64,000 nucleotides of DNA from the NCBI RefSeq assembly GCF_009914755.1, contig NC_060928.1; one strand, given 5' to 3'. The notes under the pieces were generated by a model. That model worked only from the letters and a program-made list of their open reading frames with translations. It did not search any database and was not told where the DNA came from. This DNA is from the human T2T-CHM13v2.0 reference genome, Homo sapiens. Positions 10,750 to 23,700 of this stretch are shown here, in pieces (position 1 is the first letter of the stretch; every line of letters begins with the position of its first letter). Position numbers and translations under genes: made by a program.

Positions 10750-12660
10750 AATTAGTGAAGGAAGGCATGGATATCTATGGACTAGTCTTCACTGCCAGAA
10801 AGGGCTCTTTTTGGTTCCCACATATCCAGGCAGAACCTTCTACACTTAGAATACACTAAACCCCTCCTTAAGGGAGACAACCCAATGTCCCAACCGTGGC
10901 CCATGTCTAGATCAAAGTATAGCTCCCTGTTGCCCTATGATTTATGACCTGATTGATGTCTAATCTGTATTCCTCCCAAAACTAGTCAAATTAAAATAAT
11001 TCCTATATGGAAGAGGAAATAATAGGAAGCACATAGCATCACTGAGCCACAGACATAATGAAATCTTGCTGGAAAGAACTTGTATTGACTCCTAGCTCTT
11101 ATTATGGAGAAAGTTCTTTCTTTCTACATGGAGGCAGAACTCTCTAGTTCATTATTCAGTTTAGTCTCTGGATTTGTCTTCTAAAGGCAAACATTATTTC
11201 AACATCTTTTACAGCAACATCAGGAGTAGTACTGGAAGCTGAGTGGCTTTCACCAACTGCTTCCTGTTAATTTGGTTTGGTGTTAAGGAATTATTTCAGA
11301 GAATGAAAGTGAAAAGTGACATGCTTTTGAGGGTCAAACATATGAATTTTTTTGGTAATATAATTGCCCTCTCCAACTTAGTAAGGTCCTGATCTATATC
11401 TTAAAAGATGTCCATTTAGAAAATTGTTAAAACTTTCAGCTTCCTGGCCGGGTGTGGCTGGGTGTGCAATTACAGGCTTATACCTGTAATTGCAGCATTT
11501 TGGGAGGCTGAGATTGGAGGATCATTTGAAGTCAGGAGTTCGAGACCAGCCTGGCCAACATGGTAAACCCCATCTCTACTAAAAATGCAAAAATTAGCTG
11601 AGCGTGGTGGTGCATACCTGTAATTCCAGCTACTCAGGAGGCTGAGGCATGAAAATCACTTGAACCTGGGAGGTGGCGGTTGCAGTTGGCCGAGCGTGCA
11701 CCACTGCACTCCAGCCTGGGTGATGGAGTGACTGTCCCAAAACACAAACAAACAACAACAACAACAAACTTTCAGCTTCCCTCTTTTATTAAATTGCCTT
11801 TTGTGTGGCCCACCATTTTCTTCCTCAGTTTTATTTGAGTTACCTTTATGCCATCAGGAAACTTAGACTTCAGTCCTTAGACTTCAGTGGGAACATGACT
11901 CTTTTTTTGATGCTGGGTTTCTTCCCACTGTCTAGTAGAAAACTGTTAATTTGAAGGTCTGAAAAAAGGCTGGGACCTTTTATCCAACTATTTCCACTTT
12001 TTTTAGAGCCATTTCTTATAATTAGCTTGTGTAGGAATTTTTTGAAAGCAGTAAGGAGCTTCCAACACACACCAATAAGTTCTGCTAAAATTATAGCCCT
12101 CTGTGAGCACATAGTCCATCCTTCAACCTACTGAAGATGACAGTTTATCATAGTGCAATAAATATTGTCAACTTTCCACCATACAATATTTTTGCCATTA
12201 TTTCCTACCAACTAATAGCTAATGTAACAGTCTTAGGTTTACGTTTTGGCATCACTGCATTTACAGGTACCTGTTTTGCATTAGTTAGGGTAGAGGCTAA
12301 GTAGTCAGAACTAGAAAACCTGAAGAACAGTGACTTATACATGTGGCTTGAGGGTGGCAGAGCTGAAGACAGCTGATCTGCTTATCTATGGACTACTACA
12401 ATTTGGAGTCCTAAGTTTTCACCTTCTCTCAGCCAGCAGAGTAAATAAACCTGAATGGCTTAATCTGAATGTGGCACACATCACTTCTATTTTCAATCCA
12501 TTGCTTAGAACTGCTTATATGCCTTCATCAAGTTATAGGGAAGGCTTTGGAAATGCAATGTCCATTTGGATATCCATCTACCTAGCTAAAACAAAGGAGT
12601 ATTTTTAAAAAACTATTATTAAAGAAGTATGGATATTTGTGACAACCATCTCTGCCAGAT
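10750..12660 (-). mobile_element. Old MLT1-type MaLR: internal region plus LTR (about 12276-12660), interrupted by an Alu
   Basis: GGTACC internal-start motif at ~12266 next to TGCATTAGTTAGGG (antisense LTR end); highly diverged. Confidence 0.45.
11446..11765 (+). mobile_element. Alu (AluS-like) with altered 5' end
   Basis: Dimeric Alu, (CAA)n tail, TSD AAACTTTCAGCTTCC on both sides. Confidence 0.97.
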
Positions 12661-13061
12661 GGAGGCAGAGTCATTAGCATATCACCACTGACCTTTATTT
12701 ACCCTTCTTATCCATTTATCTCTTGGGGGTAACTTCAGCAATTGATGACTTAGAGATAAAGAACTAGACATGCATGATTCTGCCTCTTCCTCTCTTTTTT
12801 TTCTTGTTGTTGACCTTTCTATAGGGATTATGGGTGCTCAATTGCTTATGGGTGTAAGATCAGCTTATGGGTAAATAACTTGCCCTTGTAGGGTAGGCCT
12901 GCAGTGTTTAGCAATACTGCTGTGAATGTCCAATACTGGGATTGACTATTATACAGCTTAGGTATCCACAGGAAAAAAATACCCTTTTTCCAATATCAGC
13001 TTTGATAATTCAGTCTCCATTTATTTAACTCTTTCTATTTCTTAATTTGTTCAGAACATGG

Positions 13062-13737
13062 TGAGAGGTGAAGCCAGCTGGGCTTCTGGGTCAGGTGGGG
13101 ACTTGGAGAACTTCTGTGTCTAGCTAAAGGATTGTAAATACACCAATCAGTGCTCTGTGTCTAGCTAAAGGAATGTAAACACACCAATCAGCACTCTGTA
13201 AAATGGACCAATCAGCACTCTGTAAAATGGGCCAATCAGCAGGATGTGGGCGGGGCCAAATAAGGGAATAAACGCTGGCCACGGGAGCCAGCAGTGGCAA
13301 CCTGCTCGGGTCCCCTTCCACACGGTGGAAGCTTTGTTGTTTCACTCTTCACAATAAATCTTGCTGCTGCTCACTCTTTGGGTCCACACTACCTTTATGA
13401 GCTGTAACACTCATGGTGAGGGTCTGCAGCTTCATTCCTGAAGTCAGCAAGACCACAAACCCACGGGGAGGGTGGGTTCGTGGGTTCAAACAACTCCAGG
13501 CACACCACCTTTAAGAGCTGTAATACTCACTGTGAAGGTCTGCAGCTTCGCTCCTGAAGTCAGCGAGACCACGAACCCACTGGAAGGAAGAAACTCCAGA
13601 CACATCTTAACATCTGAAGGAAAAAACTCCGGACACACCATCTTTAAGAGCTGTAACACTCACTGTGAGGGTCCGCAGCTTCATTCTTGAAGTCAGTGAG
13701 ACGGAGAACCCACTGGAAGGAATCAATTCCGGACACA
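13062..13737 (+). mobile_element. LTR12 (ERV9) solo LTR, short LTR12F-like form
   Basis: TGAGAGGTGAAGCCAGCTG...CCGGACACA; tandem CCAATCAG repeats; U5 GCTGTAACACTCAC repeats; 4-bp TSD ATGG. Confidence 0.95.
13140..13275 (+). promoter_or_regulatory. LTR12 promoter: four CCAAT (NF-Y) boxes, GC box, AATAAA TATA-equivalent
   Basis: CCAAT at 13143, 13184, 13208, 13232; GGGCGGGG at 13248; AATAAA at ~13267. Confidence 0.7.
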
Positions 13738-13916
13738 ATGGATAGAGGGGAGAGGTGCTATTTACTGATCAAACTTGAACCTTAACAAGTTGGTTCACAC
13801 AATTAAATGATTCTTATCATTTAGGGGATTGCACTTTTAATATATAATTGTTCTCTTATTTTTGTATACTGTATTTCCCTTGAATTCTATTTTGTTTTAT
13901 GGTAATAACCGCCACT

Positions 13917-14195
13917 CTTGTTTGTTTGTTTGTTTGTTTTTCCTCTAGACAGGGTTTCCCTCTGTTGCCCATGCTGGAGTGCAGTGGCACAAACACAGCT
14001 CAAGCAACCTTCCATTTCAGCCTCTCAAGAAGCTGGGACTACAGCAAATTTTTTGTTTTGTTTTGTTTTGTTTTTTGTAGCAATAGGGTTTTGCCATGCT
14101 GTCCAGGCTGATCTTGAAATCCTGAGTTTATGTAACCTGCCTGCCATGGCCTATGAAAGCTCTAGGATTATTAGGTGTGAACCCCTGCACGTGTT
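13917..14195 (-). mobile_element. Degenerate AluJ
   Basis: AGACAGGGTTTCCCTCTGTTGCCCATGCTGGAGTGCAGTGG...GCTGGGACTACAG; diverged. Confidence 0.8.
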
Positions 14196-14210
14196 CTCCC
14201 TGCTCCCTGA

Positions 14211-14585
<375 letters not shown>

Positions 14586-14809
14586 TAATCTTTCATAAAT
14601 TATACAAAAATGGGTTTACCCCAATCTGCATGTATTTACTGACTTACCTAAAATTATTAATGTCGTTTAAAAATGTTTACTTTTATCTGATTTAAAAAAT
14701 TTCACTCTCCATTATTTTTAGTTTGATTTATAAATGTTAAAAAAATTCCCATACCAGGGTTTTAAGACTTTCTGTTTTATTTCTATTCTAATGATTAACT
14801 TAGCAATTT

Positions 14810-15540
14810 TCAACATTTTAATCATATAACATATATATGGAAAAATGCAGAAATCATATGTTACTACTCAATAAGTTTTACAAGTGAATTACTGCTTGCA
14901 GCTGTGTAACCAGAATATAGATCAAGAAACAATATTATCCTCAGAAGCTCTCCTCATGCCCCATTACAATTACTATTTATCCTTACTCTCAAACCCCAGA
15001 ATATAATGACTATCCTATTTCTCCATGAGTTTCACTGACTTGATAGCTCATTTCTTTTTATTGCATACTGTCTGACTTGTGTACATTTTTGATTAACTTT
15101 GTGGAGGTACATTCATATCTCACTGTAGTTTTAATTATCATTTCCTTAATTACCAAAGCAGTTTAGAATGTGTTTTATATGTTCATTGACCATGGAGTTT
15201 TGTTTGTTTATGAAATAACTATTTATATCTTTGCCATTTTTCTATCAGATTTTTTTTGTCATTTACCCATTGATTCATTGATTTTCTTCCTACATTTTGG
15301 ATCCCAATCTTTTGTCAGTGATATGTATTAGACATTAATTTTTGTCCTTTTAGTTGCCCAATTTGTTGTCTTTTTAGTCTATTTTTTCTGACTTTGTTGA
15401 GCAAAAATCTTAACATTAATGTGGTTGAATTTATCAATCTCATCCTATATAACTTCCACTTCTTGAGTCTTGTTAAAGAAAGCCTTTTGTATCCTGAATT
15501 CATACAGAAAATCACCCTTATTTTATTCTAAATATTGTGG
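14810..15540 (-). mobile_element. Old L1 (L1ME/MC) 3' fragment
   Basis: Antisense L1 3' motifs, e.g. ATCTCACTGTAGTTTTAATT...CATTTCCTTAATTAC. Confidence 0.65.
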
Positions 15541-15559
15541 ATTATAAAATTTAAATTAA

Positions 15560-16340
15560 GCTGAAGAAATCCAGGAATTTCAGCCTCCCTCAGATAATGG
15601 CTTACGTTGGAATACCTACATTGGAATCACCTAGTGCTTCCTCCTAAAATCCACATATAGTTAAAGAAGAGCAAATTAAAAGTCTTACAACCTAGTTCTA
15701 CAGAGTAAATAGGAGATGGAAAGACTATACACTCAAATTTGCATGTAATTAGGGAAAACCTTATAGACAGAGTTGTTGCCAGAGCCCCTAATAGTGTAAT
15801 AACATCAGTGTTTATGAGTTTACATTCAGAAGGAGAGAGTCCTACTCTCAGGGAATTGCTGAGAGCAGGTGTGAGATGGGCCATTCCAGAGGACTCACAA
15901 TGAAGGAGTTGAATAAAACAGGCATCAGAGTGCATAAGACCGGAATTGGCAATTTTAGGAAGGCACCACTTCTGGAGTACAGAAAGGGAGGCAATATGAA
16001 AATTGCAAGTGTCCTTTGAAAACAGCAGCCAGGAATAGAGAATTAGTGAAAGCCTGGCCACAAAAAGATTTGATACAATAAAGCAACTTCTGTTCATTGC
16101 AGCAACAGAAGAAGGAACCCTCAAACTGAGAAGCCAGAAAACCCACTTCCATAGACTCTCCCTTCTAATTAAAGTACAAAAAAACCCTAACATCTTAAAA
16201 AAACAAGCAAAAACGAACATGTACATCCCACAGCAAGATGCTATAAGAAAACAGTAGATGATGAAATGTAAAATTGTTTTGCAAATAAAAGTATATGAAA
16301 GAAATATTACCACCAAGCAAAAGCAAATTGAAACAAAAAA
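15560..16340 (+). mobile_element. Old L1M 5' region fragment (tentative)
   Basis: GGAATTTCAGCCTCCCTCAGATAATGGC start and A-rich ORF1-like downstream sequence. Confidence 0.4.
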
Positions 16341-16354
16341 CAAAACATAGAAAT

Positions 16355-16525
16355 ACAAAATTTCTGAACTTTTGTGCTTTACAAAACTTACAGTTTTGTA
16401 AGTTCTCCTTACAAAACTGAATGCCTTCAACAGCACCCAAGTCACCTCTTGAATGCTATGCTGCTTAGAGATTTCTTCCATCAGACACCCTAGATTATCT
16501 CCCTCAAGTTCAAAGTTCCACAAAT
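16355..16525 (-). mobile_element. Orphan THE1/MST internal fragment without LTR
   Basis: Antisense match to the THE1-int segment at ~8390-8540 of this window (TGTGGAACTT...GAGGCATTCAGTTTT). Confidence 0.85.
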
Positions 16526-17898
16526 TTAGCTATTTTGAAATATACACAAATTATTAACTATAGTTTTTCTCTTATACTATCAAATACTAGAATTTACTCC
16601 TTCTATCTTTTAATACCTATTAACCAACTTCTCTTTATTTATTTTATCTCTGCTTCCTTTCTCAGCCTCTCATAATCACCATTCTACTCCTTACCTCCAC
16701 AAGATTCACTTTTGTTTTTTGTTTTTTTTTTTCACTTTCTACATATAAGTGAGAACATGCCATATGGCCAGGTTTATTAACCCATTCACCTGTCAATAAA
16801 CACTTAGATTGATTCTATGTCTTGGTTATTGTGAATAGCGCTGCAATAAGCATGGGAGTGTAGACAGCTCTTTGATATAATAATTTCTTTTCTTTTGGAT
16901 ATATACCAAGCAGTGGGATTGCTGGGTCATCTAGTAGTACTATCTTTTAATTTATTGAGGAAACTACATACTGTTTTCCATAATAGCTGTACCACTTTAC
17001 ATTCCCCATAACGGTGTATGAACTTTCCTCTTTCAGCACATCCACATCACAGCATTTGTTTCTTTATTCTTTTTTTGATAATAGCCATTCTAACTGGAGT
17101 GACATGATATCTCATGGTGGTTTTCACTTGCATTTTCCTGATGGTTGGTGATGTTGAACATTTTTTCACATACTTGTTGGCCATTTGTATGTCTTCTTTT
17201 GAGAAGTGTCTATTCAGGTCTGTTGTCCATTTAAAAATATGATTATTTCAGTTTTGGTTGCTTTTGCCATTGAGTTGTTGAAGTTCTTTATATATTCTGG
17301 CTATTAATCTCTTGTTGGATGGACAGTTTACAAATATTTTCTCCCAATCTGTAGGTTGTCTCTTCATTTTGTTAATTGTTTCCTTTGCTGCACAGAGCTT
17401 TTCAGCTTGTTGCAATCCCATTTGCCTATTTTTGCTTTCTGCTGATGCTTTTGAGGTCTTACCCAAAAAATCATTGCCTAGACCAATGTCCTGTAGCATT
17501 TCTCCAATGCTTTCTTCTTGTAGTTTCATAGTTTCAGGTCTTAGATTTAAGTCTTTAATCCATTTTCTGTTGATTTTTGAATATGGTGAAAGATGGGGAT
17601 CTAGTTTCATTCTTCTGTATATGGATATCCAGTTTCCCAGCACCATTTATTAAAGAGACTTTCTTTTCTCTTTCATATGTTCTTGGAACCTTTGTTAAAA
17701 ATGAGTTGGCTGTAGGTATGTGGCTTTATTTCTGAGTTCTTTATTCTGTTCTATTTGTCTATGTGTCTGTTTTTATTCCAGTGCCTTGCTGTTTTGGTTA
17801 CTATAGCTTTGCAGTAGAATTTGAAGTCAGATAGTGTGATGCCTCCAGCATTGTTCTTTTTGTTCAGGGTTGCTTTAGCTATTTGGGGTCTTTTGTGG
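16526..17898 (-). mobile_element. L1 (L1MA/L1PB-type) 3' portion, 5'-truncated
   Basis: ORF 17248..17646 encodes ORF2 C-terminal region (WISIYRRMKLDPHLSPYSKIN...RQPTDWEKIF); 3' UTR follows. Confidence 0.92.
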
Positions 17899-17927
17899 AA
17901 CAATGATTATATTTAGATGACGGGTAC

Positions 17928-18342
17928 TGGGATAATTTTATGTGTCAACTTAGCTGGGCCACAGTGTCCCAATATTTGGTCAAACATTATTCTGAATGCT
18001 TCTGTAAAGGTGTTTTTTGGGTGAGATTAACATTTAAATTGATGAACTGTGTGTAAAGCAGATTATCCTCCATAGTATGGGTGTGCTTCATCCAATCAAT
18101 TGAATGACTTAATAGAACAGTGACTGACTTCTTCTAAGCAATCAGGAATTCTGCCAACAGACTGCCTTTGGACTCTAACCACAACTCTTCCCTGAGTTTC
18201 CAGCCTGTCAACTTCCCCATCAGATTTTGACTTACCAAACCTCCATAATTGCATGTGCTAATTATTTAAAAGAAATCTCTATCTCTCTCTGTGTATACAT
18301 ATCCTACTGGTTCTGCTTCTTTGAGGAACCCTGACTAATAAA
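17928..18342 (+). mobile_element. MLT2 (MLT2D-like) ERV-L solo LTR
   Basis: AATTTTATGTGTCAACTT...GAACCCTGACTAATA; TSD GGTAC/GGTAT. Confidence 0.88.
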
Positions 18343-18732
18343 GGTATATAGATAATCATTGTACTATTTAAAATGTTTATTTATTTGAGCATTTTAATAC
18401 TAAAATATTTCTAAAACTCAAAAGTTTTTAGGCATTATATGTTATAATTTATACTAATATAATTTATTTAATAGGTTAAAAATATATTACTGTAATTGAT
18501 GTCAAAGGCATTAGATAAAATCCAATAGTGAGTCCTAATAAACTCAGAAAAGTAGAATTTCTCTTTACTGTGATAAAAAAACTATAACAGAATAGATATA
18601 TTTAATTAAATAAAAATGCAAAGTTATTTTCATAACAAGTAAATTAAAGGACAAATGATAAATTGTGAAAAATGCTTGCTGTTTTGATATCAGATATTGG
18701 ATCAATATCGCTATGATAAATAGACTTTAAAA

Positions 18733-18802
18733 TTTTTTTTATTATACTTTAAGTTCTGGGATATATGTGCAGAATGTCCAGGTTTGTTACATCAGTATAC
18801 AC
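18733..18802 (-). mobile_element. Very short L1PA 3' end fragment
   Basis: TTTTTTATTATACTTTAAGTTCTGGGATATATGTGCAGAATGTCCAGGTTTGTTACAT. Confidence 0.85.
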
Positions 18803-18829
18803 TTAAAAATAGATTTTTTATAAATCAAC

Positions 18830-19500
18830 AATAAAAAAGTGACGTGCTTAAGCAATTCACAACAGAAAAACTCAAATATGTCTTTCATAGATTTACTAGT
18901 CATGCATACTTTTTACATATATATTTTAAATTGTTTTGATCAAATTATTAAAACTTAAAATATGGAGCCTATTAAAATTTATCATGTGTAGCTAATGCTA
19001 TTCTTATGAACTTTCTGTGGGCATGTAAATTGGCATAAACTTTTTGGGTGGTAATTTGGAAATATGTGTATATCAAAAGTCTAAAAACTGGCTTATTTTG
19101 GACTTAGCAAATCTATAAATGAAGCCTAAGGAAATACTCATTAATATGTGGAGACATCTGTCTATTGCTTTGTTTGTTATATTATCTTTATACTAAGCAA
19201 AAATTTGAACTCCAAGAATATGTCAATAATTTATGATTGATTAAGTTAATTGTATAACTTTATCAACAAATTTATTCATATAGGTGAGTATATATGAGTA
19301 TATATATAGAGAGATATCATTTCAGTTGTATCTATATATACACAGATTGTTCGGATATGTTTGTTCAAGATTTTAACAGTGGTGGTCTCTGCGTCAGAGT
19401 CAAAAGATATGATTTTATTCATTTTGCTCTGTAATAGCTATATTTTCTAAAATGAATGTGTTTTTCCTTATATTGAAAGAAAGCAGAAAATATATTAAAT
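18830..19500 (+). mobile_element. Old L1ME 3' fragment
   Basis: GTGGGCATGTAAATTGGCATAAACTTTTTGG...AATTTGG L1ME-type 3' motifs. Confidence 0.55.
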
Positions 19501-19899
19501 GCATGCTCTAATAAATTATTTTTAAATTTACACAGTCATAAGAAATGAAATACATTTTTTAGATTTTTTAAATTGGACTCATTATTCACAGGGCCTGCAA
19601 TGTCTAGTATTTTTCTGTACCTGAAAGTTTTCCTTACCTTCATGTTTCAGTGAAATTAAGTTTCCTTTCCCCATGAACAGCCACTTATTAGACTGGAAAT
19701 GCCCCTGTTCCAAGAATATTCAGCATGGGCTTGTGAAAATCCATAACATTGTGGTACAAAGGGCTTTTCCTAATGTATGTGCTGATAATTATATACACTA
19801 ATAATTCTAGTTCTCAAAATTTATATGGAATAGGGAGTGTTAACAGCCATTTTATCTATATTTTAGAAGAACAAATCATAAATTCAATGGGAAGCAGAG

Positions 19900-20050
19900 A
19901 AGCCAAGAAATAGAAATTACATGAGAAAGAGGAAGGGAAAAGGGCACAGAGAGAAGAGGACAGGAGGCTCAGGAAAGGGAAAGAACAGAAAGAGAAAGGA
20001 GAGTTAGGGGGAGGGGATGAGAGAAGATGAGAAGAGAGAGAAACTACAGA
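19900..20050. repeat. Purine-rich (GA) low-complexity tract
   Basis: Direct inspection. Confidence 0.8.
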
Positions 20051-20443
20051 GAGCTGTAGAGGCTTGAGCTCATCTGCAGCAATGTCTTGCCTTAACAATT
20101 TGTCAATTCCAATTTACATATATCTTCAAGGTGGGCCTGAGTAAGTCTTCCATCCTTACAACCAAAAATGCCGAGTGGCTATCTTCAGTTTTAAGGAGGA
20201 AATTGAATGATCCAATCACTTTTTGGACAATACAACATTTACTTCATTCTTATTAGTCAAAAGCTATTAAGAGCTACTGGACTGCATGATAGCTGAGGAG
20301 ATTGTCTTTTATGTTTTTGCTCTGAATTCTCTACTTTGAGCGTGTATATGTGTGTGTATTGTGGGGGACAGTTAACTGAAGTAGAAGGAATACATATATA
20401 TACTTATGTATATATACACATATTCTAAAAATACATTAAAAAA

Positions 20444-20712
20444 TTTTTTTTTCAGATGGAGTCTTGCTCTGTTGCTCAGGCTGGAGTGCAGTGGCAGAAT
20501 CTCGGCTCACTGCAACCTGCGCCTCCTGGGTTCAAGCAATTCTCTGCCTCAGCCTCCCGAGCAGTTGGGATTACAGGCACCAGCCACCATGCCTAGCTAA
20601 GATGGGGTTTCACCATCTTGGCCAGGCTGGACTTGAACTCCTGATCTCATGATCCACCCGCCTTGGTCTCCCAAAGTGCTCGGATTACAGGCGTGAGCCA
20701 CTGCGCCCGGCC
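20444..20712 (-). mobile_element. AluS lacking the central A-rich linker
   Basis: Antisense Alu; CCTAGCTAA joined directly to GATGGGGTTTC; approximate TSD TAAAAATACATT/TAAAAATGCACT. Confidence 0.95.
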
Positions 20713-20714
20713 TA

Positions 20715-23700
20715 AAAATGCACTTTAGAGCAGTCTTCAGTCCACAGTAAAATTGAGGTGAAAGTAGAGATTTCTCATGCATTTCCTGCCCCCACACGTG
20801 CACAGCCTCCTCCATTATCAACATCCTGCACCACAGTGGTACATTTGTTACAGCTGAACATACATTGACAGATCATTATCACCCCGTTGACAGTTTACCT
20901 TAGGGTTCACATTTGATGGTGTATATTCTATGGCTTCATACAAACTTATAATGACATATATCCAACATAGTATCATACGGAATAGTTTTGCTGCCCTAAA
21001 AATGCTTTGTATTCTGCTTATTTATCCCTCTCCTCTCCATAGCCCCTGGCAACCACTAATCTAGATACTGTCTCCATGATTTTGGCTTTTCAAAAATGTC
21101 TTATAGTTGCAATCATGCGCAGTACATAGCCTTTTCAGAATGGCTTCTTTCACTTAGCGATATGCATTTAAGCTTCTTCCACATCTTTTTAAGACTTGAT
21201 AACTCATTTCTTTTTAGTGCTGAAAAATATTCCATTGTCTGCATATACCACAGTTTATCCATTCACCTACTGTTGAACATCTTGGTTGCTTCCAAGTTTG
21301 GGTAATTAAGAATAAATTAAACATCCTTGTATATGATTACAGCTCATTAGGATATCAAAAAATGTAATTGCTGGATTATATGCTAAGAGTATGTTTCATT
21401 TTGTAAAAAAAAAAACTGACAAGCTTCTTCAAAAATGTTTTTAGTTTTATTTAGTTCAAAATATTTAAAAATTTCTCAAGATTTCTTCTTTGAACGTGTG
21501 TTGTTTAATCTCTATGTATTTTGGAATTGTCCATTTATTTTTCTGTTAATAATTTCTAACTGATTTCTATTGTGATCTGAGAGCAGACATTTTATTATTT
21601 CATTTAATTAAATTTGTTAAAGTATTTTATGGCTCAAAATGCAGTCTATCTTGAGGAATGTTTCATGTGCTTGAGAAGAATGTATATTCAACTGCTGTTG
21701 GATGAAGTATAATCTATAGATGTCAGTTATATCCCATTGATTGATGGTGCTGTTGAGTTCAACTATGCCCTTACTGATTTTCCGCCTCCTGGATTTGTCC
21801 ATTTCTGACAAAGGAGTCTGGAATTCTCCAACTGTAATAATGGATTCATCTACACCACCTTGCAGTTCTATCAATTGTTGCCTCATGTATTATGACACTG
21901 TTTTTAGGCACATACACATTAAACATTCTTATATCTTCTTGGAGAACTGACCCCTATATCATCACATAATGCCATTCCTTATTTTTTCCCCGATAAGTTT
22001 CCTTGCTTTAATGTCAGCTGTCTAAAAATAACATAGATACTTCTGCTTTTTAAAATTAATGTTACAATAGAATATCTTTTCCATTCATTTACTTTTAAAG
22101 TATATGTCTTTATATTTAAAGTGGGTTTTTTGCAGACAATATTTGGTTGGGTCTTGTTTTTTGATTGATTCTGACAATCTCTGTTTTTTAATAACTGCAT
22201 TTAGACACTTAATGTTCAAAGTGATTATATATTTGGGTTAATATCATATTGGCTATTGTTTTCTATATATTGCTCTTATTCTTTGTCTTCTACTTTTTTT
22301 CTCCCTTTTGTGGTTTTAATTGAGTATATTTCATTTCCTTTCATTTATTAGCATATCAGTTATACTTCCTTTTTTAACTTTTTAAAATTGTTGCTCCATA
22401 GTTTGTAATATACATTTGTAATGAATCCAAGCCCACACTCAAATAACACTATACTATATCACAGGCAGTGTGAATATGTTATAATAACAATATAATTCTA
22501 ATTCTTCCACCCCATCCTTTGTATCATAGTCACTCATTTCTCATATCTAAGTATACCTAAGCAAATATGTATGTATGTGTATACACACAGTTATATATAC
22601 ATATATATACACATATATACATATATCCCTTAGATGGGATATACATATATATATACCTAAGCATATATAATCAAACACATTGCTGCTATTATTCTGAACA
22701 AAATATTACTTCTTAGAAGTAATGAATAAGAAAAGAAAAGTTTTGTTGAACTTTACCTATTTCTTATTTGGTGCTCTTCCTTTCATTATGTAGATCCAAG
22801 CTTCCGACGTATATAATTTTCCTTTCCTCTAAACGACATCTTTTAACTTTTTTTGATGGGTCGGGGTGAGGGGATAAGACATGTCTACTGGTAACAAATT
22901 TCCTCAAGTTTGTTTGTCTGAGAAATTTTTATTTCTCCTTCAATTTTGAAGGCTGATTTCACAGGATACAGAATTTTAGTTTGATGTTTTTGTTTTTCTC
23001 TCTAGGCACTTTAAATATTTTACTCCACTCTTTTCTTACCTGGATGGTTTCTGAGAAGTCAGATATAATTCTTATGCTTGCTCCTCTATAGGTAAAGTGC
23101 TTTTTCCTCTGGCTTCTTTCTAAGACTCTTTTTCTTTATTTTTGATTTTCTGTGGTTTAAAAATGATATCCCTAGGATTATTATTATTATTATTATGTAC
23201 ATTTATTTTGCTTGGTGTTCTCTTAGCTTCTTGGATCTTGACTTTGTTGTTTGACATTAATCTGGTGAAAATTTTCAGACATTATTGTTTCAAATATTTC
23301 TTCTGTTCATTTCTTTGTCTTCCCTGTGGTATTTCTGTTACACATGTTATACCTTTTGTACTTTCCTACAGGTCTTGAATATTCTATTCTGTTTTTTCTC
23401 CAGTCTTTGTTCCGTTTGCCTTTTAATTTCGTATGTTTTGGTGATATATCCTAAAGCTCAGAAACTTTTTCCTCAGCCATGTTCAGTCAACTAAAGAGCC
23501 CATCAAAGGCATTTTTTATTTCTTTTATAGTGTTTTTGATCTCTAGCATTTGCCTTTGGTTCTTTCTTAGTATTTTCTCTCTCTGCTTACATGGTTCATC
23601 TGTATGCTATCTACTTTATCCATGGGAGCAATTGGCTTATTAATCATATTTCTTTTAAATTCTGTTAGATAATTCTATTTTACCTTCCATATATGGCTCT

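Noticed and set aside
15627-16523. 298-aa minus-strand ORF
   Set aside because: Begins at a non-ATG codon in a MaLR fragment and runs antisense through A-rich sequence; F/L/C-biased with no recognisable domain.
17899-18363. 11-bp inverted repeat ACAATGATTAT/ATAATCATTGT either side of the MLT2 LTR
   Set aside because: AT-rich and short; chance cannot be excluded and it does not define a known element.
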